From contig JBDROZ010000022.1 of NCBI GenBank assembly GCA_043809585.1, forward strand, positions 1 through 64,000: a stretch of DNA of 64,000 nucleotides. Direction: 5' to 3'. The notes under the pieces were generated by a model that saw only the letters and a list, made by a program, of their open reading frames with translations, was not told the origin of the DNA and made no database searches. The DNA comes from Candidatus Eiseniibacteriota bacterium. GTDB taxonomy: Bacteria > Orphanbacterota > Orphanbacteria > Orphanbacterales > Orphanbacteraceae. The translations under genes and the position numbers were made by a program. This document shows, piece by piece, positions 12,893 through 21,309 of this stretch; the stretch's first letter is position 1, and each line of letters begins with the position of its first letter.

Positions 12893-13657
12893 CTATTTCA
12901 CCCGCGGTTTCGGGCCGCGGATGCGGGAGGCGAGTGTGTGGAAGGGGTGGACCTCGTCCTTCGAGAGGGCCGCGCGCCCGAGGATGACCCGGAAGTTCCG
13001 AAGGAAGACGCGGACCTTCTTCTCGTTCATGTCCCCGGCGAGGAGCGCCTCCCCGAGGTGGGCGTACATCTTCTCGAGCTCTTCGTCCGTGGCGAGGGGG
13101 GGCGCGCCGACCCCTTCCGCCGGCCGCCGGAGGGCGAGGCCGCACTCGTACGAAAGAAGCATCACCGACTGGGCGAGATTGAGGGAGGGGTAGTCGACGG
13201 GGGAGGGGATGGTGACGACGAGGCGGCAGCGGAGCACGTCCTCGTTCACGAGCCCCGTCTTTTCGGGGCCGAAAAGGACGGCCACCTTCTCCCCCGCGGG
13301 GATCTTCCCGAGCCGTTCCCCCCACGCCCTGGGCGTCACCGTCTTCGCCTGGTGGCGCCTCGTACGCCGGGTCGTTCCGACCACCCACGCGCAGTCGGCG
13401 ATCGCCTCGTCGAGGCGGTCGAAGACCTCCGCCCCCTCGAGCAACTCCTCCGCGCCGTGGGCCATGGCGACGGCGTGGTCCGACCGCCACCCTTCCGTGG
13501 GATTCACGAGCACGAGACGGCGGAAGCCCATCGCCTTCAGGGCCCGGGCCGAGGCGCCGATGTTGCCCGGTTCGGTCGTGCCGATGAGGACGAAGCTGAC
13601 ATCGTCCCTCCCCGGTCCGTCGCCTCGGTTCACGCAAAATGGTCCGTCGGGAGTCAT
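12893..13657 (-). CDS. trmJ: SPOUT tRNA/rRNA methyltransferase, TrmJ/LasT family
   Basis: PGNIGASARALKAMG, FGPEKTGL and YPSLNLAQSV. Start approximate. Confidence 0.85.
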   Translation of the reverse strand: MTPDGPFCVNRGDGPGRDDVSFVLIGTTEPGNIGASARALKAMGFRRLVLVNPTEGWRSDHAVAMAHGAEELLEGAEVFDRLDEAIADCAWVVGTTRRTRRHQAKTVTPRAWGERLGKIPAGEKVAVLFGPEKTGLVNEDVLRCRLVVTIPSPVDYPSLNLAQSVMLLSYECGLALRRPAEGVGAPPLATDEELEKMYAHLGEALLAGDMNEKKVRVFLRNFRVILGRAALSKDEVHPFHTLASRIRGPKPRVK

Positions 13658-13796
13658 GGAAGGGAGAGTATCACAGGAGGGGAGGTGACAGACGGTCTCC
13701 ATCACTGACGGCGGGCGAGGAAATCGCCGACGAACGTCCACGGTCAGGTATCGGGAACGCCTCTTCTGAGTGGTGAAGTTGCCCTGGAATCTCGTT

Positions 13797-14043
13797 TAGC
13801 CCGCGGACGCCGAGTGCCTTCGTCGCGAGGGCGAGAAGCGCGCGGCGAGAGGCCGACTTGGACGAGCCGCTCCCGGAGTCGGGGCCATAAGATCCTCCCC
13901 CCGGGCGCTAATACTTATCGCTCCTAACCGTCGCGATAAGTCAAAGCGCCCGACGGGCCCCGTCGAGGAAGTGGCGAAGGAAAGGAGGTCTCGCAGCCCG
14001 CGATGCTCGCCCGCAGTAGAAGGCGCGAGGCGGTCGCGGGCTA
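13797..14043 (+). repeat. Structured palindromic repeat, copy B (247 bp)
   Basis: Arms TAGCCCGCG...GCCTTC / GAAGGC...CGCGGGCTA. Core 13844-14003 differs from copy A 11515-11674 at 5 of 160 positions. The terminal CTA is the pepT stop. Confidence 0.92.
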
Positions 14044-15273
14044 CGCCTTCTCTTTCCCCCAGAGCTTCGCCAGCTCGACGAGCACCTTCACGGACTGCTC
14101 CATCTCCTCGAGGCAGGCGAACTCGAGAGGGGAGTGGAAATTGTGCATGCCCGCCGAGAGGTTCGGCGTCGGCAGCCCCATCTCGGCGAGACGGGCGCCG
14201 TCCGTCCCCCCCCGGATCGACTCGATCTTCGGCTCCATGCCCGCCCGCTTCACGGCCAGGGCGGCGAGCTTCATCGCCCGGGGCTCTTCCTTCATGTGGT
14301 CCGCCATGTTCCGATACTGCTTCTTCACGGCCACGTCGATCTTCGCCTTCGGGTGTTCCGCGGCGACGGTGGCCGCGATCTTCCGGAGCAGCTCCGCCTG
14401 TTCCGGCAGCTCGGCGGAGTCGAAACTGCGGAGCAGGATCTTGATCTTCGCCTCGGCGACGCTCCCCTCCAGCACGTAGGGATGGAGGAAGCCCTCCTTG
14501 CCGGCCGTGGTCTCCGGCGCGAGGCGGTGCCGAGGCATGCGCGTGATGAATTGGCCGGCGAGGCGGATGGCGTTGACCATCTTCCCCGTCGCGAGACCGG
14601 GATGGACGTTGTAGCCCGTGATGGTCACCGTCGCGAGGTCGGCGGAGAAGGTCTCCCCTTCGATCAACCCGGCCGACTCGCCGTCCACGGTGTAGGCCAC
14701 GGCGGCTCCGATCTGCTTCAAGTCAATCTTGTCCGTTCCGCGGCCCACCTCCTCGTCACAGGTGAAGACGACGCGAATCGGCCCGTGCTCGATGTCCGGG
14801 TCCGCCATCAGCTTCGCGGCGGCGGTCATGATGTTCGCCACGCCCGCCTTGTCGTCGGCTCCGAGAAGGGTCGTCCCGTCGGACGTGATCAGGGTCTTCC
14901 CCGCGAGCCCCTCGAGGTGGTCCGTATCGGAAACCCGGATCACCTTCGTCTTGTCGCCGGGAAGGACGATGTCCCCGCCGTCGTACTTCTCGTGGATCAC
15001 GGGCTTCACGTCCTTGCCGCCCGCCTCGGGGGATGTGTCGACGTGGGCGAGCCAGGCCATGACGGGCGCCCCCTTCACGTTGCCCGGCACCGTCCCGATC
15101 ACGATCCCGAACTCGTTCTGCACGACGTTCTCGAGCCCGAGGGACTTCATCTCCTCGGCGAGCATCTTCCCGAGAACGAGCTGTCCCGGCGAACTCGGGA
15201 CGTCCTCGGTCTCGTCCACCGCCGTGGTCTCCACTTTCACGTACCTGAGGAACCGGTCGAGCAGCGTGTCCAT
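14041..15273 (-). CDS. pepT: Peptidase T (M20B tripeptidase)
   Basis: LLDRFLRYVK, AHVDTS, LLGADDKAG, DEEVGRG, IRGGTDG and HNFHS. Confidence 0.95.
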   Translation of the reverse strand: MDTLLDRFLRYVKVETTAVDETEDVPSSPGQLVLGKMLAEEMKSLGLENVVQNEFGIVIGTVPGNVKGAPVMAWLAHVDTSPEAGGKDVKPVIHEKYDGGDIVLPGDKTKVIRVSDTDHLEGLAGKTLITSDGTTLLGADDKAGVANIMTAAAKLMADPDIEHGPIRVVFTCDEEVGRGTDKIDLKQIGAAVAYTVDGESAGLIEGETFSADLATVTITGYNVHPGLATGKMVNAIRLAGQFITRMPRHRLAPETTAGKEGFLHPYVLEGSVAEAKIKILLRSFDSAELPEQAELLRKIAATVAAEHPKAKIDVAVKKQYRNMADHMKEEPRAMKLAALAVKRAGMEPKIESIRGGTDGARLAEMGLPTPNLSAGMHNFHSPLEFACLEEMEQSVKVLVELAKLWGKEKA

Positions 15274-15336
15274 TCGATCAGCCTCCGTCGATCGCGGCGC
15301 CCCTTTCCGCGGGACCGGGGCCGCGCGTATCACTTC

Positions 15337-18012
15337 CTATTGTTCGGGAAGGCGCTTCCGGATCGCCGCGATCCGGAACGTCCGGTCGTTCATCGGGCCG
15401 ACTTCGTCGCCCACCTTTCTGCCGAGAAGCATCTCGCCGAGAGGGGCGCGGTAGGAGATGACCTCGTCGCCCAGCTCCCGGTCCCCTTCGCCGAGGATCC
15501 AGTAGGTCACGTCCGCGCCGTCGCTCGCGACGAGGTCCACTTCGGTGCCGGGCACCACCTCGCCGTCCGGGATCTCGATCTCCTCGATCACCTTCACGAG
15601 CCGCATCCGGTCGTTCAGCTCGCCGAGCCGCTTCGTCGCTTCCGCCTGCTTCTGCTTCGCCGCGTCGTATTCCGCGTTCTCCCGAAGGTCGCCGTGCTCC
15701 CGGGCCTTCCGGATCTCGTGGGGGATCGTCGTCTTGAGGTCCCAGTCGATTCCCTCCGCCTCCTTGCGGAGCCGGGTGAGCGTGGCGCGGGTCATGAGGA
15801 GCCGCCCGGCGTACTTGTCGAGCAGGCCGGCCCCCTTCTGGGGTCTCATGGATTCCCGCTGCGACTCCGCCTCGTCCGCGATCGATCCGAGGGCGGTCCC
15901 ACGGATCGCTTCGAGGATCGGGAAGAGGTAGCGCTCCGAGTGCTTCCAGTTGAGAAGCCGGTTGCGGAGATAGGAGCCGTCATCGGCCGTCGGCGTCGAT
16001 TCGGTCATGCACCTTCGAAGCTCGTCGGAACGGAGCGTCTCGATCGCGTGGTTCCGGTAATTTTCCTTCTCCGGATGCTCCACGATGTTGATGAGGGCGT
16101 GCACGCACGCCCAGACGTCGGGGCATCCGCCCCCCGCGAGCTCCTTGACCACGTGAATGACGGCGCTCGACCGCGCGGGGCTCCCGTGGAGCACCGCGGC
16201 GATCTCCCGCTCCCGCTCCTTCTCGTTCCGGGTGGAAAGAACGGCCCAAGCCTCGCGGCGCACTCCCTGCACTTTCGAGTCGAGCAGGACGCCCGCCACC
16301 ACCGCCTTCCGGTCCTCGGAAACCATGGAGAGGAGAGTCCTCTGCTGTTCCGTCGTGACGGGGGTCAGTTCCGGCGCCCGGAGAAACTCGTCGAGGCTCT
16401 TCCGGAACTCGTCATCGTCCGTGCCCCCGAGACGGTGCAGGAGGAGGTGCGTCTGGATCCGCTCCGTCGCCGTCCGCTCTTCGTACCGGGCGAGGGACTG
16501 GAGCTGGTGGCCGTAGCGCTTCGCGAGCCGCTCCATTTCCTCCGGATGCTGGTCGAGAAAACGGAAGAGGAGGTCGAGGCTCTTTCGGAGGTTGCCAGCG
16601 AGGTCGACTTCGGGAAGCGCCGACGAATCCTTTCCGTTCCGGATTCGGATCACCTTGCGAAAGATCTGCGAAAGGTCGAAGCGCGCATCCTTCTCCGCTT
16701 CCTTCTTCGCGTTCTTCCACCAGTCCGCCCAACTCGCGGGGGGCAGGATGCCGAGGGTGACGAGGAGCTTCTTCACGTCGTCCTGATTCGCCCCTCCGCC
16801 GAGGTGCACCAGGGCGTGGTAGAGGAACTCGGCGCGGTTCTCCTTGAGCGCCGCCATCATGCCGTCCCGGTCGAGGTAGACCTTCACCCGGAGATCCGTC
16901 GGCCGGAGCAGGGTGAGGGCGGTCTTCGCGAGGGAGACGCTCATCCGGTGCAGCCCCTTCTCCCTGAACCGGATCGTCAGGCTCTCCCCGTCGTTGGCGA
17001 GGATCTCGCCGACCCCCCAACCGTGATGGAGGACGTGCCGCCCGGGCGGCATCTCGAGCAGTTTGTCGAGGGCCTGGAGGGCCTGTTCGGCCGGGACCTT
17101 CGGGTCGGCGATGCCGGCGGTCTTGAAGAGCGTCGCCGGGTCTCGAATGCCGTCGTGGGCGGCGATCCCCGCGGCGGCGGCGAATTTCCGATAGGCGTCC
17201 CGGTCCGGGGATTTCTCGAACACCTTGCGGAGGATCTCCCAGCTCTCCTTCGCGAGGCCGTGCTCGAGGACGGCGTTCTGGGTCAGCTCGAAGAGGCTGA
17301 CCGCCGTTTCCGTCTCCGATGCCTGGGTGAGGATCTCGAGCGACTCGAGCACGGGGAGAAGGGTCTCCCGGGAGGGGCTCTCGAGGATGTAGAGCGCCCC
17401 CTCCTCGAGGCGCTCCCTGGCGTTCTTCCGGGCGAAGCCGGGGAGAGAACGGGCCAGGAGAAGCAGCCCCCCCTCTTCCTCTCCCGACGCGATCCGGGAG
17501 GCGCCCACGGCCCAGAGGATCCGGTGGTTCTCGTCGTCGATCTCGAGGGCCTTCGCCAGGAGCTCCGGTCCGGCCTCCTTCCCGCCGCTCTTCTCCCAGA
17601 GCCTCGCGGCCACCCGCGCGAGTTCGGGCGTGCCGACCATGGGAAGCGCCCGATCGAGAACCGCGCCGAGATCGGCGTAGCGTTTCTTCGATTCGAAACG
17701 CTCGCAGAGGACCGAGAAGAGTTGGCGGGCGATGATCTCGTCCCCCGCCCGAGCCTGAAGGTATCCGGCGGCGTAGAGAACGCCCTCCCCGGCGTCCTTC
17801 CCCTGCACCAGGGGATTGAGAAGCGACAGGTACCCGCCCCCCTCCCCCTTTTTCATGACCTCCTCCACGGCGGCGTCGACGCGCTCCACCAGATCCCGGT
17901 CGACCACGCCCGCCCCGCCGAGGGGGTCCTCGCTCAGCCTCAGGATTTCTCTCAGATCCGCCAACTTATCGGTCTCCTCGCTGTCACGGACACGTGCCCG
18001 CAAAAGTACCAA
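15337..18012 (-). CDS. Large (~890 aa) multidomain protein with C-terminal GreA/GreB domain
   Basis: C-terminal AREHGDLRENAEYDAAK and ISYRAPLGEMLLG. Long helical N-terminus. TTG start uncertain. Confidence 0.85.
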   Translation of the reverse strand: MVLLRARVRDSEETDKLADLREILRLSEDPLGGAGVVDRDLVERVDAAVEEVMKKGEGGGYLSLLNPLVQGKDAGEGVLYAAGYLQARAGDEIIARQLFSVLCERFESKKRYADLGAVLDRALPMVGTPELARVAARLWEKSGGKEAGPELLAKALEIDDENHRILWAVGASRIASGEEEGGLLLLARSLPGFARKNARERLEEGALYILESPSRETLLPVLESLEILTQASETETAVSLFELTQNAVLEHGLAKESWEILRKVFEKSPDRDAYRKFAAAAGIAAHDGIRDPATLFKTAGIADPKVPAEQALQALDKLLEMPPGRHVLHHGWGVGEILANDGESLTIRFREKGLHRMSVSLAKTALTLLRPTDLRVKVYLDRDGMMAALKENRAEFLYHALVHLGGGANQDDVKKLLVTLGILPPASWADWWKNAKKEAEKDARFDLSQIFRKVIRIRNGKDSSALPEVDLAGNLRKSLDLLFRFLDQHPEEMERLAKRYGHQLQSLARYEERTATERIQTHLLLHRLGGTDDDEFRKSLDEFLRAPELTPVTTEQQRTLLSMVSEDRKAVVAGVLLDSKVQGVRREAWAVLSTRNEKEREREIAAVLHGSPARSSAVIHVVKELAGGGCPDVWACVHALINIVEHPEKENYRNHAIETLRSDELRRCMTESTPTADDGSYLRNRLLNWKHSERYLFPILEAIRGTALGSIADEAESQRESMRPQKGAGLLDKYAGRLLMTRATLTRLRKEAEGIDWDLKTTIPHEIRKAREHGDLRENAEYDAAKQKQAEATKRLGELNDRMRLVKVIEEIEIPDGEVVPGTEVDLVASDGADVTYWILGEGDRELGDEVISYRAPLGEMLLGRKVGDEVGPMNDRTFRIAAIRKRLPEQ

Positions 18013-18204
18013 ATGAGGGACCCTTAGGACAACGTCCGTGCTCGTTCCTCTCCCCGATGCCGATTGACCCGGCGGCCCGGCTGTGGTGTCATGGAGGATG
18101 AAAATCGCCCGCGATGCCCCGTTCTCCAGGCGGTTCCGGAGGACAGTCCGCCGGGTCGAATCACACAACCTATTGTAATAAAGTCGATTAGAGGAGTGAC
18201 TCCC

Positions 18205-19875
18205 ATGGCTCTGGTCGAGTGCGTACCGAACATCAGCGAGGGACGGGATCGGGGCGTCATCGACGCGGTGACCGCGGAGGCGGAGAAGGCCGGGGTGACC
18301 CTGCTCGACGTCGATCCCGGGGCGGCGACGAACCGGACGGTCATCACCTTCGTCGGGACGCCGGACCAGGTCGTGGAGGGGGCGTTCCTTCTCGTCAAGA
18401 AAGCGTCGGAGCTGATCGACATGAGAAGGCACCATGGCGCCCACGCCCGGATGGGGGCGACCGACGTCTGCCCCTTCGTCCCCGTTTCCGGGATCACCAT
18501 GGAGGAGTGCGCGGCGCTCGCCCGGAAGCTCGGGAAGCGGGTCGGCGACGAACTCGGCATCCCGGTCTACCTCTACGAGCACGCCGCGAGTTCGCCGGAG
18601 CGGAAAAACCTCGCCTACGTCCGGATGGGCGAATATGAAGGGCTCGCGGAGAACATCAAGAAGCCGGAGCGGAGACCCGACTTCGGGCCCGCCGCGTTCA
18701 ACGCGAGGGCGGGGGCGACGGCGGTCGGCGCCCGGAAGTTCCTCATCGCCTACAACATCAACCTGAACTCGCTCGACAAGAAGCTCGCGGGCGACATCGC
18801 CCTCGAAATCCGCGAGGCGGGGCGGAACAAGCGGGGCCCGGACGGGAAGTTCGTGCGGGACAAAGAGGGGAAGCCGATCGTCGAGCCCGGGCTCTTCAAG
18901 GAAGTGAAGGCCGTGGGGTGGGTGATCGAGGAGTACAAGCGGGCTCAGATCTCGATCAACTTCACCGACTACGAGGTCTCCCCGATCCACGCGGTCTTCG
19001 ACGAGGTGTGCCGGCAGGCGACGGAGCGGGGCATGCGTGTGACGGGGAGCGAACTCGTCGGCCTCATTCCGAGAAGCGCCCTCCTCGCGGCGGGGGTCCA
19101 CTATTTGAAGAAGCAGGGCCGGTCCGTCGGCGTGCCCGAGCCGATGCTGATCGAGACGGCGGTCCAGTCTCTCGGCCTCTCCGACCTCTATCCCTTCGAC
19201 CCGGCGGAGAAGATCATCGAGTACCGCGTGGCGGAGCGAATGGGGCCGCTGGCGTCGAAGAGGGTCTTCGACTTCTGCGACGAGGTCTCCACCGAATCCC
19301 CCGCCCCCGGCGGGGGGAGCGTGGCCGCCCTCTCCGGCTCCCTCGGCGCCGCCCTCGCCGCTATGGTGGCGAACCTCACGGTCGGCAAGAAGGGGCACGA
19401 GAACGCGTGGGGCGAGATGTCCGAAGTCGCCGCCAAGGGGCAGGAACTGAAGGACTTCTTTCTCCGGGCGATCGACGAGGACACGAACGCCTTCTCGGCG
19501 GTGATCGACGCCATGCGCCTCCCGAAGGGGACGGACGAGGAGAAGAGGGCCCGGGACGGGGCGATCCTCGCGGCGATGAAGGAGGCGGCCCGGGTCCCCT
19601 TCCACACCCTCGAGAGGACGCCGGAGGTGATCGACATCGCCGCGGCGACGGGCGAGAAGGGGAATCCCGCGAGCGTCTCCGACGCGGCCGTCGCCGCCCT
19701 CTGCGCCGAAGCGGCGGCGGAAGGCTCCTGGTTCAACGTCATCATCAACCTGAACGAGATCGACGACCCCCCCTTCGTGAAGAAGATGCGCGAGGGCGCC
19801 GACGCCATTCTCGCGAAGGTCCGGGCGGGCTCGAAAGCCGTGCGGGACTCCGTGCGGAAGTCGCTCGGGGCGTAG
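18205..19875 (+). CDS. ftcd: Bifunctional glutamate formiminotransferase / formiminotetrahydrofolate cyclodeaminase
   Basis: LVECVPNISEGRD, HARMGATDVCPFVP and the cyclodeaminase SPAPGGGSVAA. GAGGAG SD. Confidence 0.93.
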   Translation: MALVECVPNISEGRDRGVIDAVTAEAEKAGVTLLDVDPGAATNRTVITFVGTPDQVVEGAFLLVKKASELIDMRRHHGAHARMGATDVCPFVPVSGITMEECAALARKLGKRVGDELGIPVYLYEHAASSPERKNLAYVRMGEYEGLAENIKKPERRPDFGPAAFNARAGATAVGARKFLIAYNINLNSLDKKLAGDIALEIREAGRNKRGPDGKFVRDKEGKPIVEPGLFKEVKAVGWVIEEYKRAQISINFTDYEVSPIHAVFDEVCRQATERGMRVTGSELVGLIPRSALLAAGVHYLKKQGRSVGVPEPMLIETAVQSLGLSDLYPFDPAEKIIEYRVAERMGPLASKRVFDFCDEVSTESPAPGGGSVAALSGSLGAALAAMVANLTVGKKGHENAWGEMSEVAAKGQELKDFFLRAIDEDTNAFSAVIDAMRLPKGTDEEKRARDGAILAAMKEAARVPFHTLERTPEVIDIAAATGEKGNPASVSDAAVAALCAEAAAEGSWFNVIINLNEIDDPPFVKKMREGADAILAKVRAGSKAVRDSVRKSLGA

Positions 19876-20052
19876 AACCGGATTCACAACCTCCGTCCTG
19901 CTGCGATCGGCCGCAAAGCCGTGCGGCGGTGTCCTCGGGCGAAAACGTCCCGGGCGGCCTTCGTAGGCCGTCTCCGGGCGTTTTCACCCTCGTTCCTTGC
20001 GACCGACTCTTCGCTCGATCTCGCGACGGAGGAGGTTATGAAGCCGATTCTC
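19873..20052 (-). repeat. Structured palindromic repeat, divergent copy D (180 bp)
   Basis: Arms TAGAACCGGATTCACAACCTCC / GGAGGTTATGAAGCCGATTCTC. On the minus strand it carries TCCGTCGCGAGA...CCCGGAG...TCGCAGCAGGA. Begins at the ftcd TAG. Confidence 0.8.
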
Positions 20053-20067
20053 GTGGGCGGGGGGGCC

Positions 20068-21309
20068 ATGGCGGAAGGGATGGGCCCGCTCCGAATCCTC
20101 CACGCCACCCCCTTCGTTCCTTTCCCCCCCGACTCGGGGGGGAAGCTCGTCCCCTATCACCACGCCGTCGGCCTGACGCGCCGGGGCCACGAACTGACGC
20201 TCGTCGCGCCGATCCGCCGCACGGGCGATCTTGACGGCGTCCGCGAGCTCTCCCGGGAGATCGCGTGCGCGCCCGTTCCCTGCCGGCCGGTGTCCCGGGG
20301 GATGACGGCCTGGCGGTTCCTCGGGGCAGGCGAATCGATCCGCATCGCCCGCCACCGCTATCCCGCCGTCGAAAGGGAGGTGAAACGGCTCCTGGCCCGC
20401 GGCGGCTTCGACCTCGTTCTGCTCGACTCGCTCTTCACGGCCTACCTGATCCCCCTCCTCCGCCGGGCGGCTCCCCGGACGCCCCTCGTCCTCGTCGATC
20501 ACAACGTGGAGAGTTCCCTCTTCGAGCGATACCTGGCGGGGAAGCCGTTTCCCGTCCGCGCGGCCGGCCGTCTCGAGCTCGCCCGCATTCGGAGGGCGGA
20601 AGGGAAAGGGGCCGGTGAAGCGGACCGGGTTCTCGTGCTCTCCGGCCGTGATCGGGAAGAGCTCGGCGGGCTGGCGCCCGGCGCGCGCATCCACGTCCTG
20701 CCTCCCGGGGCCCCCGTGCGGCCCGGCGAGGCGATCCCCCCTCCGGAGCGCCCCGGGATCGTCCTCTTTCTCGGGAGCTATCGGTGGGCCCCGAACCGGG
20801 AAGCGGCCCGGTGGCTCGCGGACGCCGTCTTCCCGATCGTGCGCCGCGCCGTGCCGAGCGCCGAGCTTCGAATCGCCGGAGACGACCCGAACGGGACCGT
20901 CGGGGATCTGCATCGTCCCGAATCAGGAATCCACGTGCTCGGCCGGGTCGACGACGCCGCGGAGACGGTTCGGGCGGCGGCGATCTTCGTCGTCCCCCTC
21001 AGGGTCGGCGGGGGCGTGAGGCTCAAGATCCTCGAGGCGATGGCGAATGAGCGTCCCGTCGTCAGCACCGCCCTCGGCGTCGAGGGAATTCCGTGCAGGA
21101 ATGGCGAACATCTTCTCGTCGCGGACGACGCGGAGTCGATCGCCGGGGGAATCGTCTCGCTGATTCGGGACGAGGGGGCCGCGGCGTCGATCGCCCGGGC
21201 GGGCCGGAGTCTCGTGGAGCGCGAGTTCGGCTGGAACCGGATCGTGGAGCGGCTCGAGGCGATCCTCCTCGAAACCGCCCGGGGCCGTCAGGAACGGCTC
21301 ACTTCGTAG
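20068..21309 (+). CDS. Glycosyltransferase family 4
   Basis: PFPPDSGGK, FLGSYRWAPN and GGGVRLKILEAMA. Alternative in-frame starts at 20038 and 20080. Confidence 0.85.
   Translation: MAEGMGPLRILHATPFVPFPPDSGGKLVPYHHAVGLTRRGHELTLVAPIRRTGDLDGVRELSREIACAPVPCRPVSRGMTAWRFLGAGESIRIARHRYPAVEREVKRLLARGGFDLVLLDSLFTAYLIPLLRRAAPRTPLVLVDHNVESSLFERYLAGKPFPVRAAGRLELARIRRAEGKGAGEADRVLVLSGRDREELGGLAPGARIHVLPPGAPVRPGEAIPPPERPGIVLFLGSYRWAPNREAARWLADAVFPIVRRAVPSAELRIAGDDPNGTVGDLHRPESGIHVLGRVDDAAETVRAAAIFVVPLRVGGGVRLKILEAMANERPVVSTALGVEGIPCRNGEHLLVADDAESIAGGIVSLIRDEGAAASIARAGRSLVEREFGWNRIVERLEAILLETARGRQERLTS

Noticed and set aside
11468-14043. Repeats read as a CRISPR array or as composite-transposon IS ends
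   Set aside because: There is no repeat-spacer periodicity, no cas gene and no transposase, and the termini are not sequence-conserved.
14134-19887. Long ORFs 14134-18027 (+) and the upstream extension of 15337-19887 (-)
   Set aside because: Antisense shadows of pepT, the GreA fusion and ftcd, with no independent motifs.
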